The notes beneath the pieces were generated by a model. It was not told the origin of the DNA, did not search any database, and saw nothing but the letters and a program-made list of their open reading frames with translations. Below, piece by piece: positions 17,778 to 28,259 of a stretch of 61,400 bases of DNA (position 1 is its first letter; every line of letters starts with the position of its first letter). Made by a program: the position numbers and the translations under genes. The stretch lies in the IMG/VR virus record IMGVR_UViG_3300009502_000053, positions 1 to 61,400 of that record. One strand, written 5' to 3'. This DNA is from a virus. Lineage: Duplodnaviria; Caudoviricetes.

Positions 17778-19536
17778 ATGAAAAGATTATTGTTGTCTAT
17801 TCTGTTTTTTGTGACATTTTTCAATGTAAAAAGTCAAGATTTGATGAATTTACGACCAACAGGGTTTGTAAATGATTATGAACAAATTTTTTCAGTTGAT
17901 CAGAAGCAGGAATTGGAAAATTTATTGTCTAATTACGCAAAAACAACAACTGCTGAAATTTGTGTTGTGACTTCAGAAGATTTTCCTGCTGGTGATCATA
18001 TTGAAGCAACTAATCTCTTTAATAATTGGGGATTAGGTAGTAAAGAATTAAAAAATGGATTATTAATAATATTATCAAAAGATAAACAAAATCATGGACA
18101 ATATTCTATTGTAACTGGTTATGGATTGGAGGAATTTTTACCAGATGCTACATTAAAGGCTTTTGAACCTGATATGATAAGTTATTTTAGAGCAGGAGAT
18201 TATTACTCTGGTGTAAAAGGACTTGTTTTTGATGTTCAAAAGGAACTTGGTAATCAAGGAATAGAATTTTTACGTAAACAAAAAGAAATTGATAAGGAAA
18301 AAAGTGCAAAGGCTATTAAAGATACATTATATACATTATTGTATGTTTTCTTACTTTTACTTATATTGGCTGGAATTGGTTGGATTGCTATTATTCAATA
18401 TAGGAAAAGACAGGCATTTTTAATGTTGAAGAAAGAAATTCAAATGGTTCTTAATAGTATTGAGGATCTTAAAAGACAATTAGGCAATAAAATAGATCCT
18501 GATGTTCAAAATTATGTAGGTGCTAATACTATTGATAATTTAACAAATAATCTTGTAAATGAAGAAATTAGATCACGGATGCAACTTGTATATAATAAGT
18601 TGCTTGAAAATAAGCAAGTTGTGAATAGTATTGATAATGCAATTGTAACTATTTCTAAAACAAAGTCTGATATTCAAAAGTACTTGAGTGATAATTATCC
18701 TTATTGTGAAACATATCTTAAAGATCAATTAAATAATATTATAACTGACACTCAAATTGATAAACTTTCACAGTCTGAATATACCAAAAAGATTGCCAAT
18801 AAATTGACTGGTGTTCAGTCATTAATTGATGGTAAATTAAGGACATTTTTGGCTTTGAATGTTAAAATAAATAACATTGTTTCTGATTATAAAAATTTGG
18901 AAAATAAGAATACAGAATTAAAAAAGTTGTATTCTGAATATGTAAGAAAGAAAAATATTTTATCAAGTGTGAAAATTGGAAGAAAATATAGTTCTCTTGT
19001 CAGTTTTGAACTTGCTGAATTTAATAATTTCTTAGGTAAATTACAAAATTATATTTCTCTTAGTATGGATGATTTGAAATCTGGAAATCTAAATTCTGCT
19101 ATTTCAAATTATGGAAATTTCGTTACAACTGGTATTGTTATAACAAGTTCATTTAGTTCTGCTGATACATTATTTAATGATTATAATAATAGTGAAAAAT
19201 TTATCAGAGATAATCAAAATAAACCAGATAGTCTAAAATCTAGTATAGAGTATAAAATAAATAAGTCAGGTGTATCTTACTCAAGAAAAACATCATATGA
19301 GTCTATTAAGAGTGATATGATCAAGTATAAAAGTAATTTAGGTGTGGACATTATCTTAGCGGCAAGCTTGCTTAAAACCTGTATAAGTAGCCTTGAAACA
19401 TTATTGAGTAATATCAATTCTGATATATCTTCAGAAGAATATTCAGTGAGAAGAAAAGCCGAAGCTGCGGCCGCCCTCAGATCGTGGATTAAGTGGTGGA
19501 GATTCTGGTGGTGGAGGAACTAGTGGTAGTTGGTAA
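17778..19536 (+). CDS. TPM-domain membrane protein with frameshifted Gly-rich tail
   Basis: Signal peptide, PTGFVNDY..WGLG..NGLLI..TGYGLEEFLPD, TM helix; canonical tail SGGDSGGGGTSGSW* lies in +1 frame (19477-19536), main frame stops at 19523. Confidence 0.8.
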
Positions 19537-19540
19537 TCAA

Positions 19541-19570
19541 AAAAAAAGAGGTCATTAGACCTCTTTTTTT
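19541..19570. terminator. Bidirectional intrinsic terminator
   Basis: AAAAAAAGAGGTC-ATTA-GACCTCTTTTTTT between convergent genes. Confidence 0.85.
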
Positions 19571-20340
19571 GCTTTAATAATTTCAGTTTTACCTTTATAT
19601 TTAATTACATGAGTACCATAAGTTCTTTCTAATAGATGTTGATAATTATATTCTCGAAGTTCCGTTAAATCTCCTTTTAGATTAACATTACCATTTTGTA
19701 AAAATTTGATTTCTATTTTACCTAAATTTTGCCATACTCCGAATTTGGCATCATCAACTTCTCCTGGTGATAGTTTCCTACCATATCTAGAACTTGTAAT
19801 TTTATTACAGTCTTCATTATAAAGTAATTTATAAAATTTTTGAAATTCATTACTTTTGTCTCCAAACCTTATTTTAAGAATATTTTTATCTAAATTATAA
19901 TAATAAACATTATCATTGTAATTATCATCTAAATTATATTTAGTTTTAAAATTGAACCATTCAATAATTTCCTTTGTACTTGGATACGAATGTGATGCAA
20001 CTTTTCCAATATCATCTTCCTGTACATAAAAAGTATCAATAAATTCTTTTATTTTATCTTTTGAACTAAATTTTGAAAAATAATTATTTGCGGCATTTAT
20101 CATATCAGAATAATTGTTAAGTTTTGATAACTCAGAATATAATTTCTCTTTATTAGGAATTGTTACACTTAATGTATTTGCTTTATCAATTATTCTGTTA
20201 ATTTTATAATCATTAAGACTAGTATCACTAGGATATTTAACTGCATTAATATTAAAACCTTGATCATCTATAAATTTCAATATTTTTTTCAAATCTTCTT
20301 TATTTCTAATTTCAGATAATACTATTGGTTCTTGTGCCAT
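19555..20340 (-). CDS. Hypothetical protein
   Basis: 261 aa ORF. Confidence 0.8.
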   Translation of the reverse strand: MAQEPIVLSEIRNKEDLKKILKFIDDQGFNINAVKYPSDTSLNDYKINRIIDKANTLSVTIPNKEKLYSELSKLNNYSDMINAANNYFSKFSSKDKIKEFIDTFYVQEDDIGKVASHSYPSTKEIIEWFNFKTKYNLDDNYNDNVYYYNLDKNILKIRFGDKSNEFQKFYKLLYNEDCNKITSSRYGRKLSPGEVDDAKFGVWQNLGKIEIKFLQNGNVNLKGDLTELREYNYQHLLERTYGTHVIKYKGKTEIIKAKKEV

Positions 20341-20394
20341 AAAAAATTGATTATTATTTTTTAATATATATAAAAAAATAAAAGACGATTTTTA

Positions 20395-20772
20395 ATGATA
20401 TATAAATATTTTGATTTTATTAAAGAAGGCGCTACAAGTGATGGTTCACCAATTTATTGGGAAGATCAATTAAAAGAAATAATTGAAAAGGAATGGATTG
20501 ATTTTTCATCATCAAGATATACAGGCGACATATATCATATTAATTTTAAAGTTAATGATGGTAGTAAATATCCATATTATTCAGTATTAGTTAAGAATGA
20601 AAGTTCAGATGTTTATATATTGGAAGATGGTATAGCAGAAAATTTTATTCAAAAATTTAGAAATGATTTTTATAGAAATGTTGAAAAATATCTTCCAGGA
20701 TTTAAAAAATTTAAACCTAAATGTATAGGTGATTGGAATCAATTAGATATGGCAATTAAATATAATGTATGA
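20395..20772 (+). CDS. Tagged protein (MIYKYFDFIKE...KYNV)
   Basis: Both tags; TTTAATATATA upstream. Confidence 0.8.
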   Translation: MIYKYFDFIKEGATSDGSPIYWEDQLKEIIEKEWIDFSSSRYTGDIYHINFKVNDGSKYPYYSVLVKNESSDVYILEDGIAENFIQKFRNDFYRNVEKYLPGFKKFKPKCIGDWNQLDMAIKYNV

Positions 20773-21296
20773 AAATAAAAAGATTTAAAGAATTATTAGA
20801 AGATGTTGGAGATAAATATGCTGAATTGAAATTTAATATTCCACCAAAATTTTCAGAATTTGATAAACAATACAGAAGAAGATATAACAATATTGGTCAA
20901 GAAATTATATTTAAAGATGGTAGGAGAGTAATCTTAAAAAATCCAAAAACTTTAGAAAATATTGGACCTTGGGTTAGAGGAATTATCGATAATAAAGGTA
21001 ATTTATATATTGAACAAGAAGCTATGAATATTCATGACCCATTAATAACAATAGTTAGCAATTTAGGTCTTGTTAATCATAATGTTACAACTTGGCATAT
21101 TGAAAATCCAAATAATCCATTTGTTGGATTTATAACAGTTCAAAGAAAAGATGATGGTAATATATTTTTAGGAGAATCTAATATGTGGTATACTGATAAT
21201 GAAGAAATTTCTTATAGCATATTCCAAGAATATTTGAATAAAGCCAGATTAAGAAATCCAGGTATACATTTTACAAATAAAAGAATAAATAGATGA
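20769..21296 (+). CDS. Tagged protein, paralog of C-half of 21293-22129
   Basis: MKIKRFKELLE; LEDVGD.YAE.KF.I.PKFSEFD...ILKNP.TL.N.GP..RG.ID.KGNLY shared. Confidence 0.8.
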   Translation: MKIKRFKELLEDVGDKYAELKFNIPPKFSEFDKQYRRRYNNIGQEIIFKDGRRVILKNPKTLENIGPWVRGIIDNKGNLYIEQEAMNIHDPLITIVSNLGLVNHNVTTWHIENPNNPFVGFITVQRKDDGNIFLGESNMWYTDNEEISYSIFQEYLNKARLRNPGIHFTNKRINR

Positions 21297-22129
21297 AAAT
21301 TAGAAGATTCAATGATTTATTAAATGAACTTAAATTTGAATTTTTAGATGATATCTATTATTTAAGAGAATATACTCAATATCATCAAATACCCCATAAT
21401 AAATCTTGTGAATGTGATAATTGCGGATATGCTAATTTTATGAAACATGATACTTTTGATATTATTGGTTTTTGTAATACCACAATAGGATATATGTGTA
21501 TATTTCAATGCCCAAAATGTGGTGAGGTATATAGACATCATATTACACCAGATAGATATGATTTTGATGAATTTAAAGAACGTCTTGGTATTCTTATGAG
21601 TTTGAAAGGAGAGCCAGTTCTTGAAGATGTTGGTGATATATATGCAGAAAGAAAATTTAAAATTGCACCAAAATTTTCAGAATTTGATCTTAAATATAGG
21701 AGAATGAAAAATACTTCTGGTCAAGAAATTGCGTACAAGGACAATAAAGTTGTTATATTAAAGAATCCTAGAACTTTAGACAATTTAGGTCCATATATTA
21801 GAGGCGTTATAGATTACAAAGGAAATTTATATGTAGAAGATAAATCTACATTGATACATCATCATTTATTAAATAGATTAGATAGAATTGGCGTAATAAA
21901 AGACGTTCAAGATTGGGGAAATGACATTCCGACGAATTTTGTAACTGTTCAAAGACAAGGTGATACTAATATAATTAGAATAGGAGAATCTGAAGATGAT
22001 TATAGTTATATGAAGTTATTTCAAAGCTTTTTAGATAGAGCAAAAATAAAAAATCCTGGTATAGAATTTGAAAATGTTCAAGTTAGAAATACTCCAGGAT
22101 TATCACCATGGATTGATGATGATTTTTAA
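21293..22129 (+). CDS. Tagged protein: zinc-ribbon domain + paralog of 20769-21296
   Basis: MKIRRFNDLLNE; CECDNC...CPKC then shared domain. Confidence 0.8.
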   Translation: MKIRRFNDLLNELKFEFLDDIYYLREYTQYHQIPHNKSCECDNCGYANFMKHDTFDIIGFCNTTIGYMCIFQCPKCGEVYRHHITPDRYDFDEFKERLGILMSLKGEPVLEDVGDIYAERKFKIAPKFSEFDLKYRRMKNTSGQEIAYKDNKVVILKNPRTLDNLGPYIRGVIDYKGNLYVEDKSTLIHHHLLNRLDRIGVIKDVQDWGNDIPTNFVTVQRQGDTNIIRIGESEDDYSYMKLFQSFLDRAKIKNPGIEFENVQVRNTPGLSPWIDDDF

Positions 22130-23214
22130 TTAGACAATTGACCTTTTAACATACTTTCTGATTCATATCCAATAATTTCAACATCTTCATATTTTAATTC
22201 ATCAATTGAAATATTATTCAATTTTATTTTTGGCAATTTAAATGTGTCTCTATTTAATTGTTCTTTTGCTTGTTCTATATGATTAAGATATAAATGAATA
22301 TCACCACCAGAAAATATTAGATCCTCTGTAACCATATTTACCTCTTTTGCTAATAATTCCAATAATAACCCGTAAGATGCTAGATTAAATGGTAATCCTA
22401 AGAACGTATCAACACTACGCTGATGCCATTTCAAAGATAATGCTCTAGTTGGTATGTTGTGTTCATCACAAGCAACACTGTCATAATCCTCACCGTTACC
22501 CATTAATAAGTCCCATTCAAATGGATCAACCCTTTCATATCCTATTTCAATTCTTTCACTTAAACTTAGTTCTCTGGTATAACATTGAAATCCATAATGA
22601 CAAGGTGGCAATACCATAGAATCCAAATCTGCAACATTCCAAGCAGAAACTATTAATCTACGACTATCTGGATCAGTTTTAAGATTATTAATTAATACTT
22701 CAATTTGATCAATATAATCATTTGCACAGCCTTCAATTCCAATGGCTTGTGATTTTTGTTCTTTTTCTGACATATGTTCCCAACTTCTCCATTGCTTACC
22801 ATAAATCGGACCCAATTCTCCCCATTTTTCAGCAAATTCATAATCTACGCTAATTCTTTCAACAAATGATTCTTTAGTTAAATGCTCATATCCATGGACA
22901 CCATCTTTTTCTTGTTGTTCATGTATCTTTTTCTTATAATTTTTATACGCATCACCATCCCATATATGTACATCATTATCAACTAGATACTTTATGTTTG
23001 TATCACCTCTTAAAAACCATATCATTTCGTGTATTACGCCTTTTGTGAACATTTTTTTAGATGTTAAAAGAGGAAAACCTTCTTTCATATTAAATCTTAT
23101 AGTATAATCAAAAACTGATTTTATTCCTGTACCAGTTCTATCTTTTTTAATATTGCCTTTATCTAAAATATGCTGGAGTAATTCCAAGTATTGTTTATCT
23201 AAATTGTTTTTCAT
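22126..23214 (-). CDS. thyA: Thymidylate synthase
   Basis: DRTGTG, ELGPIYGKQWR, PDSRR, LPPCH, QRSVDTFLGLPFNLASY, GDIHLYLNH. Confidence 0.97.
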   Translation of the reverse strand: MKNNLDKQYLELLQHILDKGNIKKDRTGTGIKSVFDYTIRFNMKEGFPLLTSKKMFTKGVIHEMIWFLRGDTNIKYLVDNDVHIWDGDAYKNYKKKIHEQQEKDGVHGYEHLTKESFVERISVDYEFAEKWGELGPIYGKQWRSWEHMSEKEQKSQAIGIEGCANDYIDQIEVLINNLKTDPDSRRLIVSAWNVADLDSMVLPPCHYGFQCYTRELSLSERIEIGYERVDPFEWDLLMGNGEDYDSVACDEHNIPTRALSLKWHQRSVDTFLGLPFNLASYGLLLELLAKEVNMVTEDLIFSGGDIHLYLNHIEQAKEQLNRDTFKLPKIKLNNISIDELKYEDVEIIGYESESMLKGQLSN

Positions 23215-23540
23215 AATGAATTTATTTTTCTTAATTTTAATTCTCTAACTAATCTGTCCCATTGTAATTTTAATTGGTTGGTAGGATCATTTTTTATTTT
23301 ATCTGTTATTTCTGAAATTAAATCATTTATTTCTGGAGAAATTGTATATTTTGGAGTTGGATAAATAATTTTAACATCAGTTTTATTACCTGGAATAATT
23401 ATTTCTTTGATTATATAATTTTCTTTTATTTCTTCGTCTGTTGATAATCCTAATTCTCTAATAACATCGATTATTTGATCACACTCAGAGCTACTTAAAT
23501 TTCTATCTATCTTATATACTATTATTATCAGTTCTTTCAC
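23211..23540 (-). CDS. Hypothetical protein with C-terminal RxxKLxKI motif
   Basis: Ends VRELKLRKINSL. Confidence 0.75.
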   Translation of the reverse strand: MKELIIIVYKIDRNLSSSECDQIIDVIRELGLSTDEEIKENYIIKEIIIPGNKTDVKIIYPTPKYTISPEINDLISEITDKIKNDPTNQLKLQWDRLVRELKLRKINSL

Positions 23541-23739
23541 TTATTTCTTTCAATTTTTTTAATTTATCTTTTCTGGTATAATTTCCAACAATTAATAAAA
23601 TACATATCGGATGTTTTAAGTAATCTGTTCTAATTTCTGTGTGATACTCTACTGAATGCGCATCTTTTAATTCTTGATTTAATTTTTCTAAATCTTTAGA
23701 TGGGTCGAATCCATAATATGGTAAATAGATTGCTTTCAT
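23512..23739 (-). CDS. Hypothetical protein with C-terminal RxxKLxKL motif
   Basis: TRKDKLKKLKE near C-terminus. Confidence 0.7.
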   Translation of the reverse strand: MKAIYLPYYGFDPSKDLEKLNQELKDAHSVEYHTEIRTDYLKHPICILLIVGNYTRKDKLKKLKEISERTDNNSI

Positions 23740-23939
23740 ATTTTATCTAATTTATTTAATTTCGCTTTCCTTAGTTTTTTTAATCTTTCTTTCGTCCAAC
23801 ATTCTTCATTAAAAAGTGACTTAATACGATCATCCTGAGTGTTTATTGTATTGTAGTTTTTACATATTATAGCTTCTTTCGATAAAAACCAACTAATACA
23901 TTTATTACATTCTTTACAATATGAATAAAACATTCCCAT
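23736..23939 (-). CDS. Small Cys-containing protein with C-terminal RxxKLxKL motif
   Basis: CKEC; ends LRKAKLNKLDKI. Confidence 0.7.
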   Translation of the reverse strand: MGMFYSYCKECNKCISWFLSKEAIICKNYNTINTQDDRIKSLFNEECWTKERLKKLRKAKLNKLDKI

Positions 23940-25159
23940 TATTCAGATGCTAATTTTTTGAACAATTCTGATCTTTTTTTGTTTACTACATTAATTTCAT
24001 AATTATCTCTGACATATTCAAACATATTTTTTCCGTGTTCTTTAATTTTATCAGGATTTTCAATATAATATTTCATACATTCTAGCCATTTATATTGACT
24101 ATCTATACTTTCATCAATTAAAAAACCTTTTTGTTTACCATCTATTTTACCTTCAATATCGTCAATTGTGTAAGGACCATAATTACTGCATATAATTGGA
24201 CAATGATGTGCACCAGCTTCTACTACTTTGAGTTGAGATTTTACTTGATTAAATATATTATTGTTTTTTAGGGGAGTAATTACAACATCTGCTTCATTAT
24301 ACATTGTTCCATATAAAAGAATTGGCTTAGTCCAACGTCGAATATAGAATTCATTTTTAAATTCTTCTTTATATCCATAGTTATCTCTACCATTATCATC
24401 AGCACTCATAAGCCAACTACCATATTGACCATTTCTTACCCATTTATAATTGTTGGCGAATATAGATTCAAAAAATGTCCACATACTTCTTTTCGGATCA
24501 TCTTTTTTCATACCTTGAGGACTATTGACTCTTAAATCATAACCACATAGATACATTTGTGATTTTTCTAAAAATGTTTTATCTAATTTTTCAAAGGATG
24601 GTTTTAGTAATCTTAAATCTACAAGGTGAGTTATACCACCACCCCATAAAAATCTAATTTTGTCACTTGGTTTTTTGTTTGAAATCCATTGCTGTTCTTT
24701 TAGATTAACAGCGTTAGGCATAACGTGAACATTTTCGTTAAATTGTCTAATTCTTTCTGCTAAGAAAGAAGTTGTTGTTGTTATTGCATCTGCTTCTCTA
24801 ATTTGATTTTCTACTGTTGCTTGTGCATTTTGTTCTTTCCACATTTTGTAATTAGGGTGTGAATTTGTTAATACCCAGTAGTCATCAAGATCAAAAACAA
24901 TTTTTATACCAAGTCTTTTGATCATATCATCAAAATTCTTTTTGTAATCTGGATTAGAGAAAGGAATAGATTTATTGAAAACTATAATTTTATATTGAGA
25001 TAAGAAACCTTCATCATGTAATGGTAATGTTGCATCCATAAGTAATCTAACATCTACCTCAATATCAGGATCATTCCAGCACATATATGGAGTTAAGATA
25101 CGCCAAAAACCAACACCGTCCATATCACTATTGAGAACCAGTACTTTAAATTTATTCAT
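23939..25159 (-). CDS. GT-B (family 4-like) glycosyltransferase
   Basis: GVGFWRI, VFDLDDYW, ADAITTTT..LA, PNAV, WGGGITH..DL, FNQVKSQLKVVEAG. Confidence 0.85.
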   Translation of the reverse strand: MNKFKVLVLNSDMDGVGFWRILTPYMCWNDPDIEVDVRLLMDATLPLHDEGFLSQYKIIVFNKSIPFSNPDYKKNFDDMIKRLGIKIVFDLDDYWVLTNSHPNYKMWKEQNAQATVENQIREADAITTTTSFLAERIRQFNENVHVMPNAVNLKEQQWISNKKPSDKIRFLWGGGITHLVDLRLLKPSFEKLDKTFLEKSQMYLCGYDLRVNSPQGMKKDDPKRSMWTFFESIFANNYKWVRNGQYGSWLMSADDNGRDNYGYKEEFKNEFYIRRWTKPILLYGTMYNEADVVITPLKNNNIFNQVKSQLKVVEAGAHHCPIICSNYGPYTIDDIEGKIDGKQKGFLIDESIDSQYKWLECMKYYIENPDKIKEHGKNMFEYVRDNYEINVVNKKRSELFKKLASE

Positions 25160-25261
25160 TATTATTCATTATTTTTATAAAAAAGTTGGATATTGATGGA
25201 GTAGGTACAACTTTTTTTTATATATACAATAGTAAATATATTAAAAATAATAGAAAAGTTT

Positions 25262-26134
25262 ATGTTGATAACAAAAGAAGTAGATATTTTTAATAAGAAA
25301 ATTAGTATTGAGAATTTGTCAAAAAATAGTCACAAATATATTGATGTAAAATGTGATAATTGTGGTAAAGAAAAGAAAGTAAAATACCAATCATATAATA
25401 ATATGACAAAAAATAATACAACAGATTATTATTGTAATAACAAAGATTGTATAAATAAGAAAAGAAATATAGTAATTAAAGAAAAATATGGAGTTGATAA
25501 TGTTTTTCAATTGGAAAAGGTTAAAGATAAGATTAAAGAGACTAATTTAGAATTATATGGGGTGGAAAATCCACATCAGAATGAGAAAATAAAACTTAAA
25601 GCAGAAAATACTAATTTGGAAAGATACGGTGTTAAGAACCCATTTCAATCGGAAGTTATAAAAGAAAAAATGAAAAAAACTAATCTTAAAAATATAGGTT
25701 ATGAATATCCATCACAATCTGATATTATTAAAGAAAAAATGTGTGAGACATCTTTGAAAAATTATGGATTTAGATATCCAGTTCAAAACAAAGATTTTTT
25801 CAATAAAAATCTTAAAAATGGATTTAAATTGACGTATATAGATGAATTGTCTTGTCAAGGTTCATATGAAGTGGATTTTGTGTTAAAATATAAGGATAAA
25901 GTAAAAATAGAGAATGGTTTATCTATTGAATATTATTTTTTAGATGAAAAAAAGATATATCATTCTGATTATTATATACCTGAGTATGATTTAGTTATTG
26001 AAGTTAAATCAATATATTGGTATGAAGTGCATAAAGATCAATGTGATGCAAAAGAAGAATATACTAAAAAATTACATAATTATATTATGATATTAGATAA
26101 GAATTATGATGATTTTGAAAAAATAATTTGTTAG
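25262..26134 (+). CDS. KYGVxN-repeat PD-(D/E)xK-like mobile endonuclease
   Basis: CDNC, YGV(D/E/K)N(V/P)(F/H)Q repeats, YHSDYY..VIEVKS. Confidence 0.85.
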   Translation: MLITKEVDIFNKKISIENLSKNSHKYIDVKCDNCGKEKKVKYQSYNNMTKNNTTDYYCNNKDCINKKRNIVIKEKYGVDNVFQLEKVKDKIKETNLELYGVENPHQNEKIKLKAENTNLERYGVKNPFQSEVIKEKMKKTNLKNIGYEYPSQSDIIKEKMCETSLKNYGFRYPVQNKDFFNKNLKNGFKLTYIDELSCQGSYEVDFVLKYKDKVKIENGLSIEYYFLDEKKIYHSDYYIPEYDLVIEVKSIYWYEVHKDQCDAKEEYTKKLHNYIMILDKNYDDFEKIIC

Positions 26135-26158
26135 TTTAATTTATTATCCTTATCTTTG
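26127..26158 (+). promoter_or_regulatory. Bacteroidota sigma-A-type promoter
   Basis: TTTG 26127-26130, 20-nt spacer, TATCTTTG 26151-26158. Confidence 0.7.
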
Positions 26159-26181
26159 TAGTCTAATAAAAATAGAACGTT

Positions 26182-26778
26182 ATGAAATTAGTTGAAAAAA
26201 GTCAGAAGGTTATTAAAACATTTGAAGTTGATTATGAAAATGGTATTAAATGTGAATTCACAACTACCAATAGTAAATTGACTAACTATAAGTTCTCTAA
26301 CGGTATTGTTAATTTGACTTATGTTGAAAATATTGAGGATCTTAAAAATTCACATTGGTCTCAGCATTATAAAGTTGTTAAAACTCAAAACCTCACTATC
26401 ACAAAAATTAAAAAATTTGAAAACTTCGATAAATTATTTTACGTTGGTGGTGGTATGGATGGCATGCTTAAAGATAAAGATGGAAATTTTCTTTCTTCCT
26501 TAATTATTTTGGATCAAATCTTTTCTGCTTGCTGGCTTCATATTGAAACTAAAAAAGAAAAATGTCAAAAAATAATAGATTCTCTAAACAAAGAATATGT
26601 TATTGAATCTAATGTTGTTGAAATACCATATTACAATCATAACGATGATAAAAAACATCACCACACATTACATTTAGTTGTTAAATTAACTGATGAATTG
26701 TATAGAAATTTTATTGGTGATAAGAAGCATTTGGATGATACCATTAAAGTTGAAATTTTTAACTTCTTAAAACAATAA
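26182..26778 (+). CDS. Hypothetical protein
   Basis: ORF downstream of host-type promoter. Confidence 0.8.
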   Translation: MKLVEKSQKVIKTFEVDYENGIKCEFTTTNSKLTNYKFSNGIVNLTYVENIEDLKNSHWSQHYKVVKTQNLTITKIKKFENFDKLFYVGGGMDGMLKDKDGNFLSSLIILDQIFSACWLHIETKKEKCQKIIDSLNKEYVIESNVVEIPYYNHNDDKKHHHTLHLVVKLTDELYRNFIGDKKHLDDTIKVEIFNFLKQ

Positions 26779-26782
26779 TATT

Positions 26783-26950
26783 ATGTCACGAACTAAAGAG
26801 TATCTTGAAGATTTGAGAGAAAGTGGTAGATTGGTTGAAGATGAACCTACTGATTTTGACTATGAACGATATGTTCAAAGTTTGAATGAAATGAATGAAT
26901 TGTTTAACATTTCTGTTGAAGAATCTGAACAAGAATTAAAATCAAAATAA
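26783..26950 (+). CDS. Small acidic protein (not in ORF track)
   Basis: MSRTKEYLEDLRESGRLVEDEPTDFDYERY...ELKSK, fills operon gap. Confidence 0.7.
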   Translation: MSRTKEYLEDLRESGRLVEDEPTDFDYERYVQSLNEMNELFNISVEESEQELKSK

Positions 26951-26951
26951 T

Positions 26952-27395
26952 ATGAAAACTACGAAAAGAACTATTGATAATACACTTGTATCTAATGTTA
27001 TTTTAGAAGTAAGTACTCAAGATTTGAATTATGATTATGAGTTTGAACTTCTTGGTGAAGAAAGGTATAATGAGGCTTGGGATAAAGACTGCGTTCAAGT
27101 AATTGATAAAGGACTTCAAATTGAGCAATATCCATTTAGTATTGAAAAATTAAGGAAAATTCTTGATTCTCTCGAGGATAATGGTTGTAATTATGTATCA
27201 ATTGATTATAATTGTGATCATCCTGATTATACTTTTTATGGTGTTGATATTCATGTTGCTTTACAAGAAGAAGTTGACGAAGAAGATGAAAAAGAAAGAA
27301 AAAGAGAATTGTCAGAACTCAATAGATCGCTTGAAAAATTAGAAAAAGAGAAAGAAAGAATTCTTAAACTATCAGAAAAACTTAAAACAAAATAA
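26952..27395 (+). CDS. Hypothetical acidic protein with C-terminal coiled coil
   Basis: ORF in operon. Confidence 0.8.
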   Translation: MKTTKRTIDNTLVSNVILEVSTQDLNYDYEFELLGEERYNEAWDKDCVQVIDKGLQIEQYPFSIEKLRKILDSLEDNGCNYVSIDYNCDHPDYTFYGVDIHVALQEEVDEEDEKERKRELSELNRSLEKLEKEKERILKLSEKLKTK

Positions 27396-27397
27396 TT

Positions 27398-27742
27398 ATG
27401 TATAATATTACTGCTGATATTGTTATTGCTAATTATTTTGCTGAAAATTGGGATGCAACTGAATTGCCTTTGTCAAAACTTGCAGAACTTAAAAGGTGGA
27501 TTGAAAATAGATTTTTAGGAAAATTTTTATTTGTTGATACTACTTGGGATTCAATTTCTTCAGCAGTATATTCAAATCCTAAATATTTTTCGTTTAATGA
27601 ATCAAGAACATCTATACTTTTTAATCATTCACAAAGAGAAGAGTTATATGAAGATGTTTATGCTATATTTAATTCAAAACTTGATTTAGATATTAAGTAT
27701 AAATTTCTGGTAGAATTTGAAAAAATTTTTAATAAAGAATAA
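27398..27742 (+). CDS. Hypothetical protein
   Basis: ORF in operon. Confidence 0.75.
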   Translation: MYNITADIVIANYFAENWDATELPLSKLAELKRWIENRFLGKFLFVDTTWDSISSAVYSNPKYFSFNESRTSILFNHSQREELYEDVYAIFNSKLDLDIKYKFLVEFEKIFNKE

Positions 27743-27798
27743 AATGAAACCTGAATGGATAAAGATTTAAAAATTTACGCAGATTAAAATTTTTAATC

Positions 27799-28080
27799 AT
27801 GAAACTTATTGCTAATTATTTTTTTATGACCTTGATTATACTTCAAGCATTATTCATAGGACTTTGGTATACAGATATCAATTTTATAGGAATACTTTCT
27901 TGGATTGGTAAAGGAGAAAATTATGACTTTTTCAAACTTTTTTCACCATTGATTGCTTTTGGATTGATTAAAGTTTGTTATTGGGTTGCAGATCCTTTAT
28001 CTAAATTATACACAATGTTTCTTAATGTTGCTGTGTTTTTTGGTATTTTTTATTTAATTTATTGGGTATTCTTCGTATGA
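27799..28080 (+). CDS. Small multi-TM membrane protein
   Basis: Three hydrophobic segments. Confidence 0.75.
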   Translation: MKLIANYFFMTLIILQALFIGLWYTDINFIGILSWIGKGENYDFFKLFSPLIAFGLIKVCYWVADPLSKLYTMFLNVAVFFGIFYLIYWVFFV

Positions 28081-28259
28081 TACTAGAAATTTTAGGACTT
28101 ATATTATTACTTATACTTTACACTTTCCCCATATGGTTTGAAAATAATTGGAGATATTGGAAAGATTGTGCCATTAATTTCTATTTTACTGATAAGAAAA
28201 CTAAAGAATACTTAAAAAATAGGTCTATAATGATTAAACCACACAAGCATTTTAGTTAA
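28077..28259 (+). CDS. Small membrane-anchored protein
   Basis: ATGA overlap at 28077; MILEILGLILLLILYTFPIW. Confidence 0.6.
   Translation: MILEILGLILLLILYTFPIWFENNWRYWKDCAINFYFTDKKTKEYLKNRSIMIKPHKHFS

Noticed and set aside
22126-25159. dCMP hydroxymethylase plus glucosyltransferase DNA-modification pair
   Set aside because: The synthase keeps the dUMP-specifying Asn (GLPFN), so it is canonical ThyA; the glycosyltransferase substrate cannot be inferred
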